The notes beneath the pieces are model-generated. The model was not told the DNA's origin and searched no databases. It was given only the letters and a program-made list of their open reading frames with translations. Of a DNA stretch of 12,116 bases, positions 1 through 6,480 are shown one piece after another (position 1 is the stretch's first letter; each line of letters opens with the position of its first letter). Position numbers and translations under genes: made by a program. The stretch is from a bacterium (GTDB lineage Bacteria; BMS3Abin14): the NCBI GenBank assembly GCA_020349685.1, contig CP070698.1, positions 365,885-378,000 of the forward strand. The letters run 5' to 3'.

Positions 1-30
1 CATTCTATCCAGTGTTTCGCATTTCTTCAT
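1..30 (-). CDS. 5' end of a gene running off the left edge (MKKCETLDRM...); product unknown
   Basis: Minus strand reads GAGAGG-TTAAAA-ATG(30) AAG AAA TGC GAA..., a good SD and start, open to the window edge. Only 10 codons are visible. Confidence 0.6.
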   Translation of the reverse strand, partial: MKKCETLDRM

Positions 31-135
31 TTTTAACCTCTCGGAGTGGAAGGTTGGTTCTTTAAAATAAAAGCAATTTCCATGCCCTGGACCGCTCTTA
101 GAACCCGAAAAGATGATCTTTATCTGAAAAAGCGC

Positions 136-159
136 AAAAAGGGACCTGGTGGAAATCCC
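136..159 (-). terminator. Intrinsic terminator-like hairpin within the leader of the left-edge gene
   Basis: Minus strand GGGAUUU-CCACC-AGGUCCC (7-bp stem with 2 G-U pairs), followed by UUUUU and a second U-run. Confidence 0.6.
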
Positions 160-167
160 GCGTTAAC

Positions 168-266
168 CCGCAGCGCCCGAAGAATGGACCTTTCGTTCCC
201 CGGGCACGGCCCTGCGCAAGGAACGGTTGACAAGCCCTTTCCCAGGGATCCGCCGCTATGCTGCGG
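168..266 (-). ncRNA. Candidate riboswitch/cis-regulatory leader aptamer; class uncertain, loosely SAM-I-like core
   Basis: Closing helix CCGCAGC(266-260)/GCUGCGG(174-168) encloses CCCU-GGGAA-AGGG and a long CGUUCCUUG...CGGGGAACG stem flanked by UGUCAACC...GAAAGGUCC. Lies directly upstream of a terminator. Confidence 0.45.
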
Positions 267-372
267 AAACAAGGCTCCTGTGTTTGTTGCAATATTAAAA
301 CACCAACCCCGGGTATGTTGCGTTTTTGACACAAATCTTCCTTCGCCGGGTCCGCAGCGCTGACCCCGGATT

Positions 373-414
373 CCAGACACCAGCCACCGGACACCAGGCA
401 CCAGACACCAGACA
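373..414. repeat. Degenerate heptamer tandem repeat (CCAGACA)x6
   Basis: ccagaca ccagcca ccggaca ccaggca ccagaca ccagaca, abutting the yehW stop codon. Confidence 0.9.
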
Positions 415-1158
415 CTATCCACCAGAAACTTCCCTTCCTTTCCCTATCATTCCCAGCGCGGTGTCCACGATGATGGCAAACAGACCGACCAGTGCGGCTC
501 CCTGGATAATGAAAGCAGGGTTTTCCCCGATGAGTCCGGCAATGATCGGTTTGCCAAGCCCACCGGCGCCTATGGTTGCGCCCAGTGTGGCAGTCCCGAT
601 ATTGATGACGGTAGAAATCCGCACACCTGCAAGGATGACCGGCAAGGCCAGCGGGATCTCGACGGACCCCAGAACCTGAACAGGGGTCATTCCCATACCC
701 CTTGCCGCTTCCAGGACATCCGAGTCCACCGAATCGATGCCTGTTATGGTGTTGCGGACCACGGGCAGGAGGCCATAAAGGAAAAGGGCGATGATCGTCG
801 GCTTGAAACCGAACCCCACAACCGGTACGGCGAGGGCAAGGACCGCCACGGGCGGAAAGGTCTGCCCCATGGAGGCCAGGGCATTCACCGCTGGCAGAAA
901 GTCACGGCCCCAGCGGCGCGTCACGGCGATCCCGGTAACCAGACCGAGGATCGTGGCCAGTCCGCTTGACACCAGGACCAGGAGGCCGTGTTCCGCGACG
1001 AGTTGGGTGAAGGGTGCCAGGTCGTAGATGACCTGGTCGAGGGAAGGGAAGAAAAACATCATGGCCACGGACCAGAGCGAGGTGGAAAGTGTGAGGATTA
1101 TAAATACGGCGATGAGTGCCGTTACGATCCAGATCTGTCTATTTATTCCATTGGCCAT
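415..1158 (-). CDS. yehW: Osmoprotectant (glycine betaine/choline-type) ABC transporter permease, YehW/OsmW-like
   Basis: 247 aa hydrophobic protein with QTFPPVAVLALAVP, LYGLLPVVRNT and the EAA loop EAARGMGMT; last gene of the operon. Confidence 0.88.
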   Translation of the reverse strand: MANGINRQIWIVTALIAVFIILTLSTSLWSVAMMFFFPSLDQVIYDLAPFTQLVAEHGLLVLVSSGLATILGLVTGIAVTRRWGRDFLPAVNALASMGQTFPPVAVLALAVPVVGFGFKPTIIALFLYGLLPVVRNTITGIDSVDSDVLEAARGMGMTPVQVLGSVEIPLALPVILAGVRISTVINIGTATLGATIGAGGLGKPIIAGLIGENPAFIIQGAALVGLFAIIVDTALGMIGKGREVSGG

Positions 1159-1167
1159 GAGGTTTTT

Positions 1168-1191
1168 CAGTGGAAAGTGGACAGTGGACAG
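1168..1191. repeat. Heptamer repeat (CAGTGGA) x~3.4
   Basis: cagtgga aagtgga cagtgga cag. Confidence 0.75.
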
Positions 1192-1220
1192 CCCAAAGAG
1201 GAGGCCATATCCGGTCTCTT

Positions 1221-1255
1221 CTGAATCCTGAATTCCGAATCCTGAATCCTGATTT
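1221..1255. repeat. Heptamer repeat (CTGAATC)x5
   Basis: ctgaatc ctgaatt ccgaatc ctgaatc ctgattt, abutting the yehX stop codon. Confidence 0.88.
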
Positions 1256-2338
1256 TCATGCCTCCAATATGTCCTCCATCCTGATCTCTCCTAAAAGGGC
1301 CCCCTTCCGGTCCACCACCGGCGCGCTCCGGATCCCCTGCTGAACCATGCGTGAAAGGGCCTCCTTGAGGGTTGATTCGGTCGTAACCGCTGCCGTCCTG
1401 TGGTCAAGGCACGACATGGCGAGGCCGGCCGTTGGTTCAGCGCCTTCCAGGTCGTTTTTATCCAGCCATCCAAGCACGCGGCCGTTCCTGTCCACTACCC
1501 ACAGATAGGGATGTTCCAAAAGGAATCGCGCTGCTGATTGGAGAGGCTCTGAATCCGCGATACTCGGAGCCTTTTTCATGTAGTCGCCCGCCCCCAGCCT
1601 TGACAGCCTTTTCAGGGCCCTGTCGGTGCCGATAAACTCTGTGACGAACCGGCCCGCGGGGTTGGTCATGATGTTCTCCGGCGTGTCGTGCTGAACCAGC
1701 TTTCCTTCCCTGAGGATGATGATCCTGGTCGCGAGACGGATCGCTTCATCGATATCGTGGGTTACAAAAACGATGGTTTTCCTCAGTTCCTTCTGGATCC
1801 GGGCGAATTCGGTCTGGAGCGCTTCCCGCGTGATGGGATCGATAGCGCCGAAGGGTTCGTCCATAAGAAGGATGGAGGGGTCGGCGGCAAGGGCCCGGGC
1901 CACGCCGACCCTCTGAGCTTCGCCGCCCGAAAGTTGACGGGGGTACTTGGCGCTGTAAATGCCCGGGTCCAGGTTCAGCATTTCAAGGAGGTGGCCCGTG
2001 CGGTCGCGGATCCTCGTCTGGTGCCAACCGAGGAGCCGTGGAACGACACCGACGTTCTGGGCGACCGTCATGTGAGGGAAGAGCCCGACGCTCTGGATGG
2101 CGTAGCCTATCTGACGCCGCAGCTCCTCCGCACGGTAGGTGGTGATGTCCTTTCCGCCGATAGTTATGACTCCACCGGATACAGGAATAAGCCGGTTTAT
2201 CATCCGGAGGGTGGTCGATTTTCCGCAGCCGGACGGACCGATGATCACGCAGAACTCGCCATCCTCCACATCGAAGGACAGTCCGTCCACAGCGGTTCTT
2301 CCGGCGAACACCTTTGTTACCTGCTGAAGGCTTATCAT
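1256..2338 (-). CDS. yehX: Osmoprotectant ABC transporter ATP-binding subunit with C-terminal CBS pair, YehX/OpuCA-like
   Basis: Walker A GPSGCGKST, signature LSGGEAQRV, Walker B ILLMDEPFGAID, H-loop VTHD; CBS-like C-terminus (APVVDRKGALLGEI). Start overlaps the yehY stop (ATGA). Confidence 0.92.
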   Translation of the reverse strand: MISLQQVTKVFAGRTAVDGLSFDVEDGEFCVIIGPSGCGKSTTLRMINRLIPVSGGVITIGGKDITTYRAEELRRQIGYAIQSVGLFPHMTVAQNVGVVPRLLGWHQTRIRDRTGHLLEMLNLDPGIYSAKYPRQLSGGEAQRVGVARALAADPSILLMDEPFGAIDPITREALQTEFARIQKELRKTIVFVTHDIDEAIRLATRIIILREGKLVQHDTPENIMTNPAGRFVTEFIGTDRALKRLSRLGAGDYMKKAPSIADSEPLQSAARFLLEHPYLWVVDRNGRVLGWLDKNDLEGAEPTAGLAMSCLDHRTAAVTTESTLKEALSRMVQQGIRSAPVVDRKGALLGEIRMEDILEA

Positions 2339-3504
2339 CGGAGCCCTTTCGGCCGCATCATGAAGATGATCCCACCCATGAAGGAATCAACAAACACGGC
2401 CATCAAGATGGTCGGCATCGCGCCAAGCATGATCAGGTCGTTGGCAGCCTGGCCCAGCCCCTGAAAGATGAACACTCCCATCCCTCCAGCGCCGATAAGG
2501 GCTGCAACAGCGGTCAGACCGATAGCCTGGACCAGCGATACCCTGATTCCGTTCAGGATAACCGCTGATGCGATTGGGATCTCGACTCTGAAAAGGAGCT
2601 GGGACGTTGTCATACCCATTCCCTTGCCGGCTTCGATGGCAGCCGGGTCCACCGTTGAAAAACCGGTGTACGTGTTCCTGACAACCGGAAGGAGGGAATA
2701 GGCGGTCAGGGCGATGAGCGCCGGTGCCGTACCGATGCCGCTGACACCCATTTCGGTGAGAAAAGGGAATTTCAGGGTGGCGGCGGCAAGGATCGGTATG
2801 AGGATGCCGAAAAGCGCCAGGCTCGGCGTGGTCTGAAGTGTGTTGAGTGTGAAGAATGTCGGGTTGTAGAAACGTTTTTTCCGGTGTGCCAGGAGGCCGA
2901 GCGGGATCCCCAGCGCGAGGGAAAGCCCAACTGAAGATACCACCAGTGCCGCGTGGGTGATCAATTCACTGAAAAAGCGCTCCCTGCGGTTGGCGAATTC
3001 ACGCATGATAGAGAGCATGTCAAAACGGCCCGAGATCAGCAGGAATGCCGCAGCGGCGGCGGTGGCCAGGACCAGAAGAACAACGGGGCTCTTGCCTTTG
3101 CCACAACTTTGCCATGTATCGGTGAGGATGATGATCAGTGTGAAGGCGCCTATCCAGAAGGCCGGACCGAGCGACACCCTTGCAATCGTTCCGTATTCCT
3201 CCGTAATTATGGCCGCGTGTTTTCCCGCCGTGATCATCAGGAGGATGAGGAGGATCGATGAGAGCAAACCGGCAAGAAGGATCCGACGCCGTCTGTTGAA
3301 CCTCAAGGAGCATAGGATGACGAGAGCGATCCAGAAAAGGACCACCACGATCCACAATTCTCCACGGGTCCTCACGAGATGCACGGCGTCGCCGATGGCG
3401 ATCCGGTTGGGCCTGAAGGTCACGAAGCCCGTTGACAGGATGGCCACCAGCCCCAGGACGGCGGCGCTGAATGGAACTTTTTCGATGGAGAAGAGAGGGC
3501 GCAT
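2335..3504 (-). CDS. yehY: Osmoprotectant ABC transporter permease, long YehY-like form
   Basis: 389 aa; N-terminal RPNRI motif and extra TM region, QTTPSLALFGILI, YSLLPVVRNT, EAGKGMGMT, AALIGAGGMG. Confidence 0.88.
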   Translation of the reverse strand: MRPLFSIEKVPFSAAVLGLVAILSTGFVTFRPNRIAIGDAVHLVRTRGELWIVVVLFWIALVILCSLRFNRRRRILLAGLLSSILLILLMITAGKHAAIITEEYGTIARVSLGPAFWIGAFTLIIILTDTWQSCGKGKSPVVLLVLATAAAAAFLLISGRFDMLSIMREFANRRERFFSELITHAALVVSSVGLSLALGIPLGLLAHRKKRFYNPTFFTLNTLQTTPSLALFGILIPILAAATLKFPFLTEMGVSGIGTAPALIALTAYSLLPVVRNTYTGFSTVDPAAIEAGKGMGMTTSQLLFRVEIPIASAVILNGIRVSLVQAIGLTAVAALIGAGGMGVFIFQGLGQAANDLIMLGAMPTILMAVFVDSFMGGIIFMMRPKGLR

Positions 3505-3510
3505 AAAAAG

Positions 3511-3617
3511 AGGGGAAAGGTTAAAGGGGAAAGGTTAAAGGGGAAAGAGGAGGCGTGTGTGCCGTCAAGTGATCCAGCGCGTTGACTTTCCCCTTTCTCC
3601 CTTCACCTTTCGCCTTT
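3511..3617. repeat. Inverted pair of heptamer arrays (AGGGGAA/AGGTTAA alternating x5 ... CTTTCNC x4)
   Basis: aggggaa aggttaa aggggaa aggttaa aggggaa (3511-3545) and the complementary ctttccc ctttctc ccttcac ctttcgc cttt (3586-3617). Confidence 0.85.
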
Positions 3618-4536
3618 ATTTCAGAAACCCCTTCTCCTTCAGATACCCTCGGGCCACCTCTCTGGCATCGATACCTTCAACCTGTATCCTGGCGTTGAGT
3701 GTCTGGAGCGTCACCAGGTCCAGGGACTCGAAGACCGGCTTGAGGAGGGGCTCGATCTTCGGGTATTTATCCAGGATCGTCTTCCGGACGATGGGTGCCG
3801 GTTCGTACACGGGTTGAACGGCTTTGGTATCCTCAAGGACGATCAGCCCGAGAGCCGCCAGCTGCCCATCGGTTCCGTAGGCCATGGCGAAATTCACTCC
3901 GTTCACGCCCTGTGCCGCGGCCTTTTCCGTCTGGGCCGTGTTGCCTCCCGAAAGGGTGAGGAGCTGGTCCTTGCGCAGGGTGAAACCGTAGGCCTCCTGG
4001 AAGGCGGGCAGGGCGGCCGCGCTGTTGACGAATTCCTCACTGCCGGCAAGCTTGACCTTTCCGCCATCGTTAACGTATCTGGCGAACTCTTCCAGGGTGT
4101 ACACCTTGTTCTCATCCGCCACATCCTTGCGTGCCGCGATGGCCCAGGTGTTGTTGGCTGGAGCGGGCGTAAGCCAGACAACGCCGTTCGCCTCCATATC
4201 CAGTTCTTTGACCTTCTGATAGCCTTTGGACGCGTCTTTCCAGAGGGGATCGTCCGCGAGGCCGAAAAAGAAGGCTCCGTTTCCCGTATACTCCGGGTAG
4301 ATGTCGATCTGTCCCGCCGCGATGGCCTTTCGTACCATGGGCGTGGGCCCGAATTCGGTCCTGTCCTCGGTGGAGATACCGTTCATCTCCAGCATGAGGA
4401 TGATCATGTTGCCCAGCAGCGCCCCCTCGGTATCGATCTTGGAGGCCACAACGACCTTGTCCGCAGCAAGGCCGGGCGAGATCGCCACAGCCAGGGTGAC
4501 GAACGAGGCAATAAGTGCATTAAATATGAAACGCAT
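3616..4536 (-). CDS. osmF: Periplasmic osmoprotectant-binding protein, OsmF/YehZ-like
   Basis: Start refined to ATG 4536 (SD AAGGGGG upstream); signal peptide MRFIFNALIASFVTLAVAISPGLA; motifs VASKIDTEGALLG, DIYPEYTGNG, APANNTWAIA, AMAYGTDG, QPVYEPAPIVR. Confidence 0.9.
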   Translation of the reverse strand: MRFIFNALIASFVTLAVAISPGLAADKVVVASKIDTEGALLGNMIILMLEMNGISTEDRTEFGPTPMVRKAIAAGQIDIYPEYTGNGAFFFGLADDPLWKDASKGYQKVKELDMEANGVVWLTPAPANNTWAIAARKDVADENKVYTLEEFARYVNDGGKVKLAGSEEFVNSAAALPAFQEAYGFTLRKDQLLTLSGGNTAQTEKAAAQGVNGVNFAMAYGTDGQLAALGLIVLEDTKAVQPVYEPAPIVRKTILDKYPKIEPLLKPVFESLDLVTLQTLNARIQVEGIDAREVARGYLKEKGFLK

Positions 4537-4588
4537 TTTCACCCCCTTGTTCTGGTCCCGCATTCAAAAAGCGCTTTGCGAGACGCAT

Positions 4589-4715
4589 GTATCGGTGTGT
4601 CGGTGTATGGGAGTATCGGGGAAAGAGCAGTAACCCGTTCAGGAATACCGGTTGAATTTGTAGACGACACGGAGGTTCTGCGTCGATACCCCGTTACTCC
4701 GATACCCCGATGCGA
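4589..4715. repeat. Inverted pair of octamer arrays (GTATCGGN x4 ... CGATACCC x~4)
   Basis: gtatcggt gtgtcggt gtatggga gtatcggg (4589-4620) and cgataccc cgttactc cgataccc cgatgcga (4684-4715). Confidence 0.8.
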
Positions 4716-4719
4716 CACT

Positions 4720-5310
4720 TTACATTCCTTCCAGTATGGACCTTTTAAGTTCTTTCAGGCCCCCGTCCCCGAGTTTTTCACCGAACCAGATGGCCAGAAG
4801 AGCACCGGCGAAATCAGATCCTTCAATCGTCGCTTTTGGCTGGCCATTGAAGATAATGGTTGTTCCTTTCCCGGGTTCGTACTGAAAAACATGCCTATCG
4901 CCCTCAACGGCTGCCTCTGAAAACAGGGAGACAAAACGGTCCATGCGATTTTTAAGATCGGGCGTGGCCGCAGGCGTATTGGCCTCAAACCCTTCCCGCC
5001 AGGCTTCCTGCAATTTTTCACCATCGACCTTTTTGTAAAGGTATGCCATCTCCATGGCCTTCGCCTGGTCCGACGCGATGATATTCCCGGGATCTTTTGA
5101 AGGGGTCTCCATGTAAAGTCCCGCCACGTAGACCTTCACCTTGAGAAAGGTCTTGGTCCTGATACCCATCCCCGCCAGAGCGGCGGTGCGCCCACCGATC
5201 TGAATGGTGTTGTCCATGGTGACGCCTGCGAGTTCTCCTGCAGGCACGCCCTGGGGGATCAAGGCCGCGGTGAACAGAAACATCAGTGTTAAAGCCAAGA
5301 TCTTTTTCAT
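4720..5310 (-). CDS. Secreted chalcone-isomerase-fold protein (Chalcone_3-like)
   Basis: Strong SD AAGGAGG; signal peptide; family-type motifs LAGMGIRTKTFLKVKVYVAGLY, AWREGFEAN, FAGALLAIWFGEK. Confidence 0.82.
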   Translation of the reverse strand: MKKILALTLMFLFTAALIPQGVPAGELAGVTMDNTIQIGGRTAALAGMGIRTKTFLKVKVYVAGLYMETPSKDPGNIIASDQAKAMEMAYLYKKVDGEKLQEAWREGFEANTPAATPDLKNRMDRFVSLFSEAAVEGDRHVFQYEPGKGTTIIFNGQPKATIEGSDFAGALLAIWFGEKLGDGGLKELKRSILEGM

Positions 5311-5420
5311 GTTCTCCTCCTTGTAAATTCAATAATTCGTGACTCGGTCCAGGATCCGTGAATCGTATTTCTTGATCTGTCAATTTGATGCCCTTAGAGG
5401 GTGCTGTTGTACTCTTTTCG

Positions 5421-5441
5421 AATCACGAATCACTAGTCACG
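5421..5441. repeat. Heptamer repeat (AATCACG)x3, with loosely complementary CGTGAAT-like units near 5337-5377
   Basis: aatcacg aatcact agtcacg just downstream of the mazG stop. Confidence 0.65.
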
Positions 5442-5443
5442 GG

Positions 5444-6217
5444 TTATCTCTCGCCCTTTTTGGCTTTTTGCCAATACCTTTCCATTTCGTCCAGCTCCAT
5501 CTCCTCGAGTGACTTTGCATCTCCCGAAGCCAGTTCTTCCATCGCCCGGAAACGACCAGCGAACTTGTTCATGGAAGCTTCGAGCGCATCTGCTGGATGG
5601 ACGTCCAGGAAACGGGACAGATTGACGGTCATGAAAAGCAGGTCCCCAATTTCCTCCATGATCTTCCGGCGGTCTCCTCCAGCAACGGCTTCGCGGATTT
5701 CCTCCATCTCCTCGACAAGCTTTTCAAAGAGCTGGGATGTCTCCTCCCAATCAAAGCCCAGGCTGACGGCTTTTTCCTGCATGCGCAGCGCGCGGTGGAG
5801 GATGGGGGTCCCCGGATGCCTCTTTGTCCTCTTTTTCCCCTCGGTTTCCTCCTTTATGCGCTCCCAGTTCTTGAGGGCTGCCGCCTCATCGGCCGCCTTT
5901 TCATCCCCGAACACGTGGGGATGACGGCGCAGCAGCTTATCGTTGATCCCGCGAACCACGTCGTCGAAATTGAAAGTGCCTTCTTCTGCCGCGATCTGGC
6001 TGTGAAAGACGATCTGAAGCAGGAGGTCGCCCAACTCCTCTCTGATCTCACCGTTCTCGCCGCTGTCAACAGCCTCAACAAGTTCATATGCCTCTTCAAC
6101 GACATAAGGTCTCAATGTTTCGTGCGTTTGCTCCCTGTCCCAGGGACAGCCTTTGGGTCCCCTGAGCGTCGCCATGATCTCGAGAAGTTCATCAATGGGT
6201 TTTTTCATCTTAGCCAC
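5444..6217 (-). CDS. mazG: Nucleoside triphosphate pyrophosphohydrolase MazG (tandem domain)
   Basis: LRGPKGCPWDREQT, EEAYELVEA, EELGDLLLQIVFHSQIA, KLLRRHPHVFG, GFDW, EEIGDLLF. Start is GTG 6217 or ATG 6208. Confidence 0.95.
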   Translation of the reverse strand: MAKMKKPIDELLEIMATLRGPKGCPWDREQTHETLRPYVVEEAYELVEAVDSGENGEIREELGDLLLQIVFHSQIAAEEGTFNFDDVVRGINDKLLRRHPHVFGDEKAADEAAALKNWERIKEETEGKKRTKRHPGTPILHRALRMQEKAVSLGFDWEETSQLFEKLVEEMEEIREAVAGGDRRKIMEEIGDLLFMTVNLSRFLDVHPADALEASMNKFAGRFRAMEELASGDAKSLEEMELDEMERYWQKAKKGER

Positions 6218-6358
6218 GGCTGGTATACCCCCGAAGGAAGATATTTGAGTCAGTATGCCAGAGTAAAATCATAATTCCAAATGGATGAGGGGGAGTAATT
6301 CGAAATTCGTTATTCCCAATCATAAGACCTTTTATAAATAATGCTCGCACATTTTCGG

Positions 6359-6386
6359 GTAACGAGTCACAAGTTACGAGTCACGG
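6359..6386. repeat. Heptamer repeat (GTNACRR)x4
   Basis: gtaacga gtcacaa gttacga gtcacgg; loosely complementary aattcga aattcgt tattccc units near 6297-6317. Confidence 0.7.
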
Positions 6387-6396
6387 TTTTTCCCTT

Positions 6397-6426
6397 TTGT
6401 ATTCCCTGTTATCCTTGGGGTATAAT
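6397..6426 (+). promoter_or_regulatory. Putative sigma70 promoter of the selenoprotein gene
   Basis: TTGTAT (6397-6402), 18-nt spacer, perfect TATAAT (6421-6426), 54 nt before ATG 6481. Confidence 0.6.
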
Positions 6427-6480
6427 CACTGGACAGGAATAACTCAACTTTTCAACGCTTTTCGGAAGGGGGTACCGACG

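Noticed and set aside
346-369. GC hairpin as intrinsic terminator of the osmF-yehW operon
   Set aside because: A stem is present (CCGGGTC/GACCCCGG) but no U-tract follows it on the minus strand, so it was not called.
46-422. Three ~100-aa ORFs (46-363 +, 98-415 -, 120-422 -)
   Set aside because: They run through a tandem repeat and/or the structured leader and terminator, with no protein-like features.
373-1255. CRISPR array interpretation of the repeats
   Set aside because: Units are 7-8 nt, directly adjacent with no unique spacers, and no cas genes are present.
1688-2464. 258-aa plus-strand ORF, and similar shadows at 2957-3538, 5385-5924, 5597-6274, 6919-7509 and 9435-10118
   Set aside because: Antisense to well-supported genes, as expected in GC-rich coding DNA.
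4537-4563. osmF start at 4563
   Set aside because: The SD AAGGGGG lies within this stretch, just ahead of ATG 4536, which begins the signal peptide.
3814-4920. 368-aa plus-strand ORF
   Set aside because: Antisense shadow of osmF and the chalcone-isomerase-like gene; no recognisable motifs.
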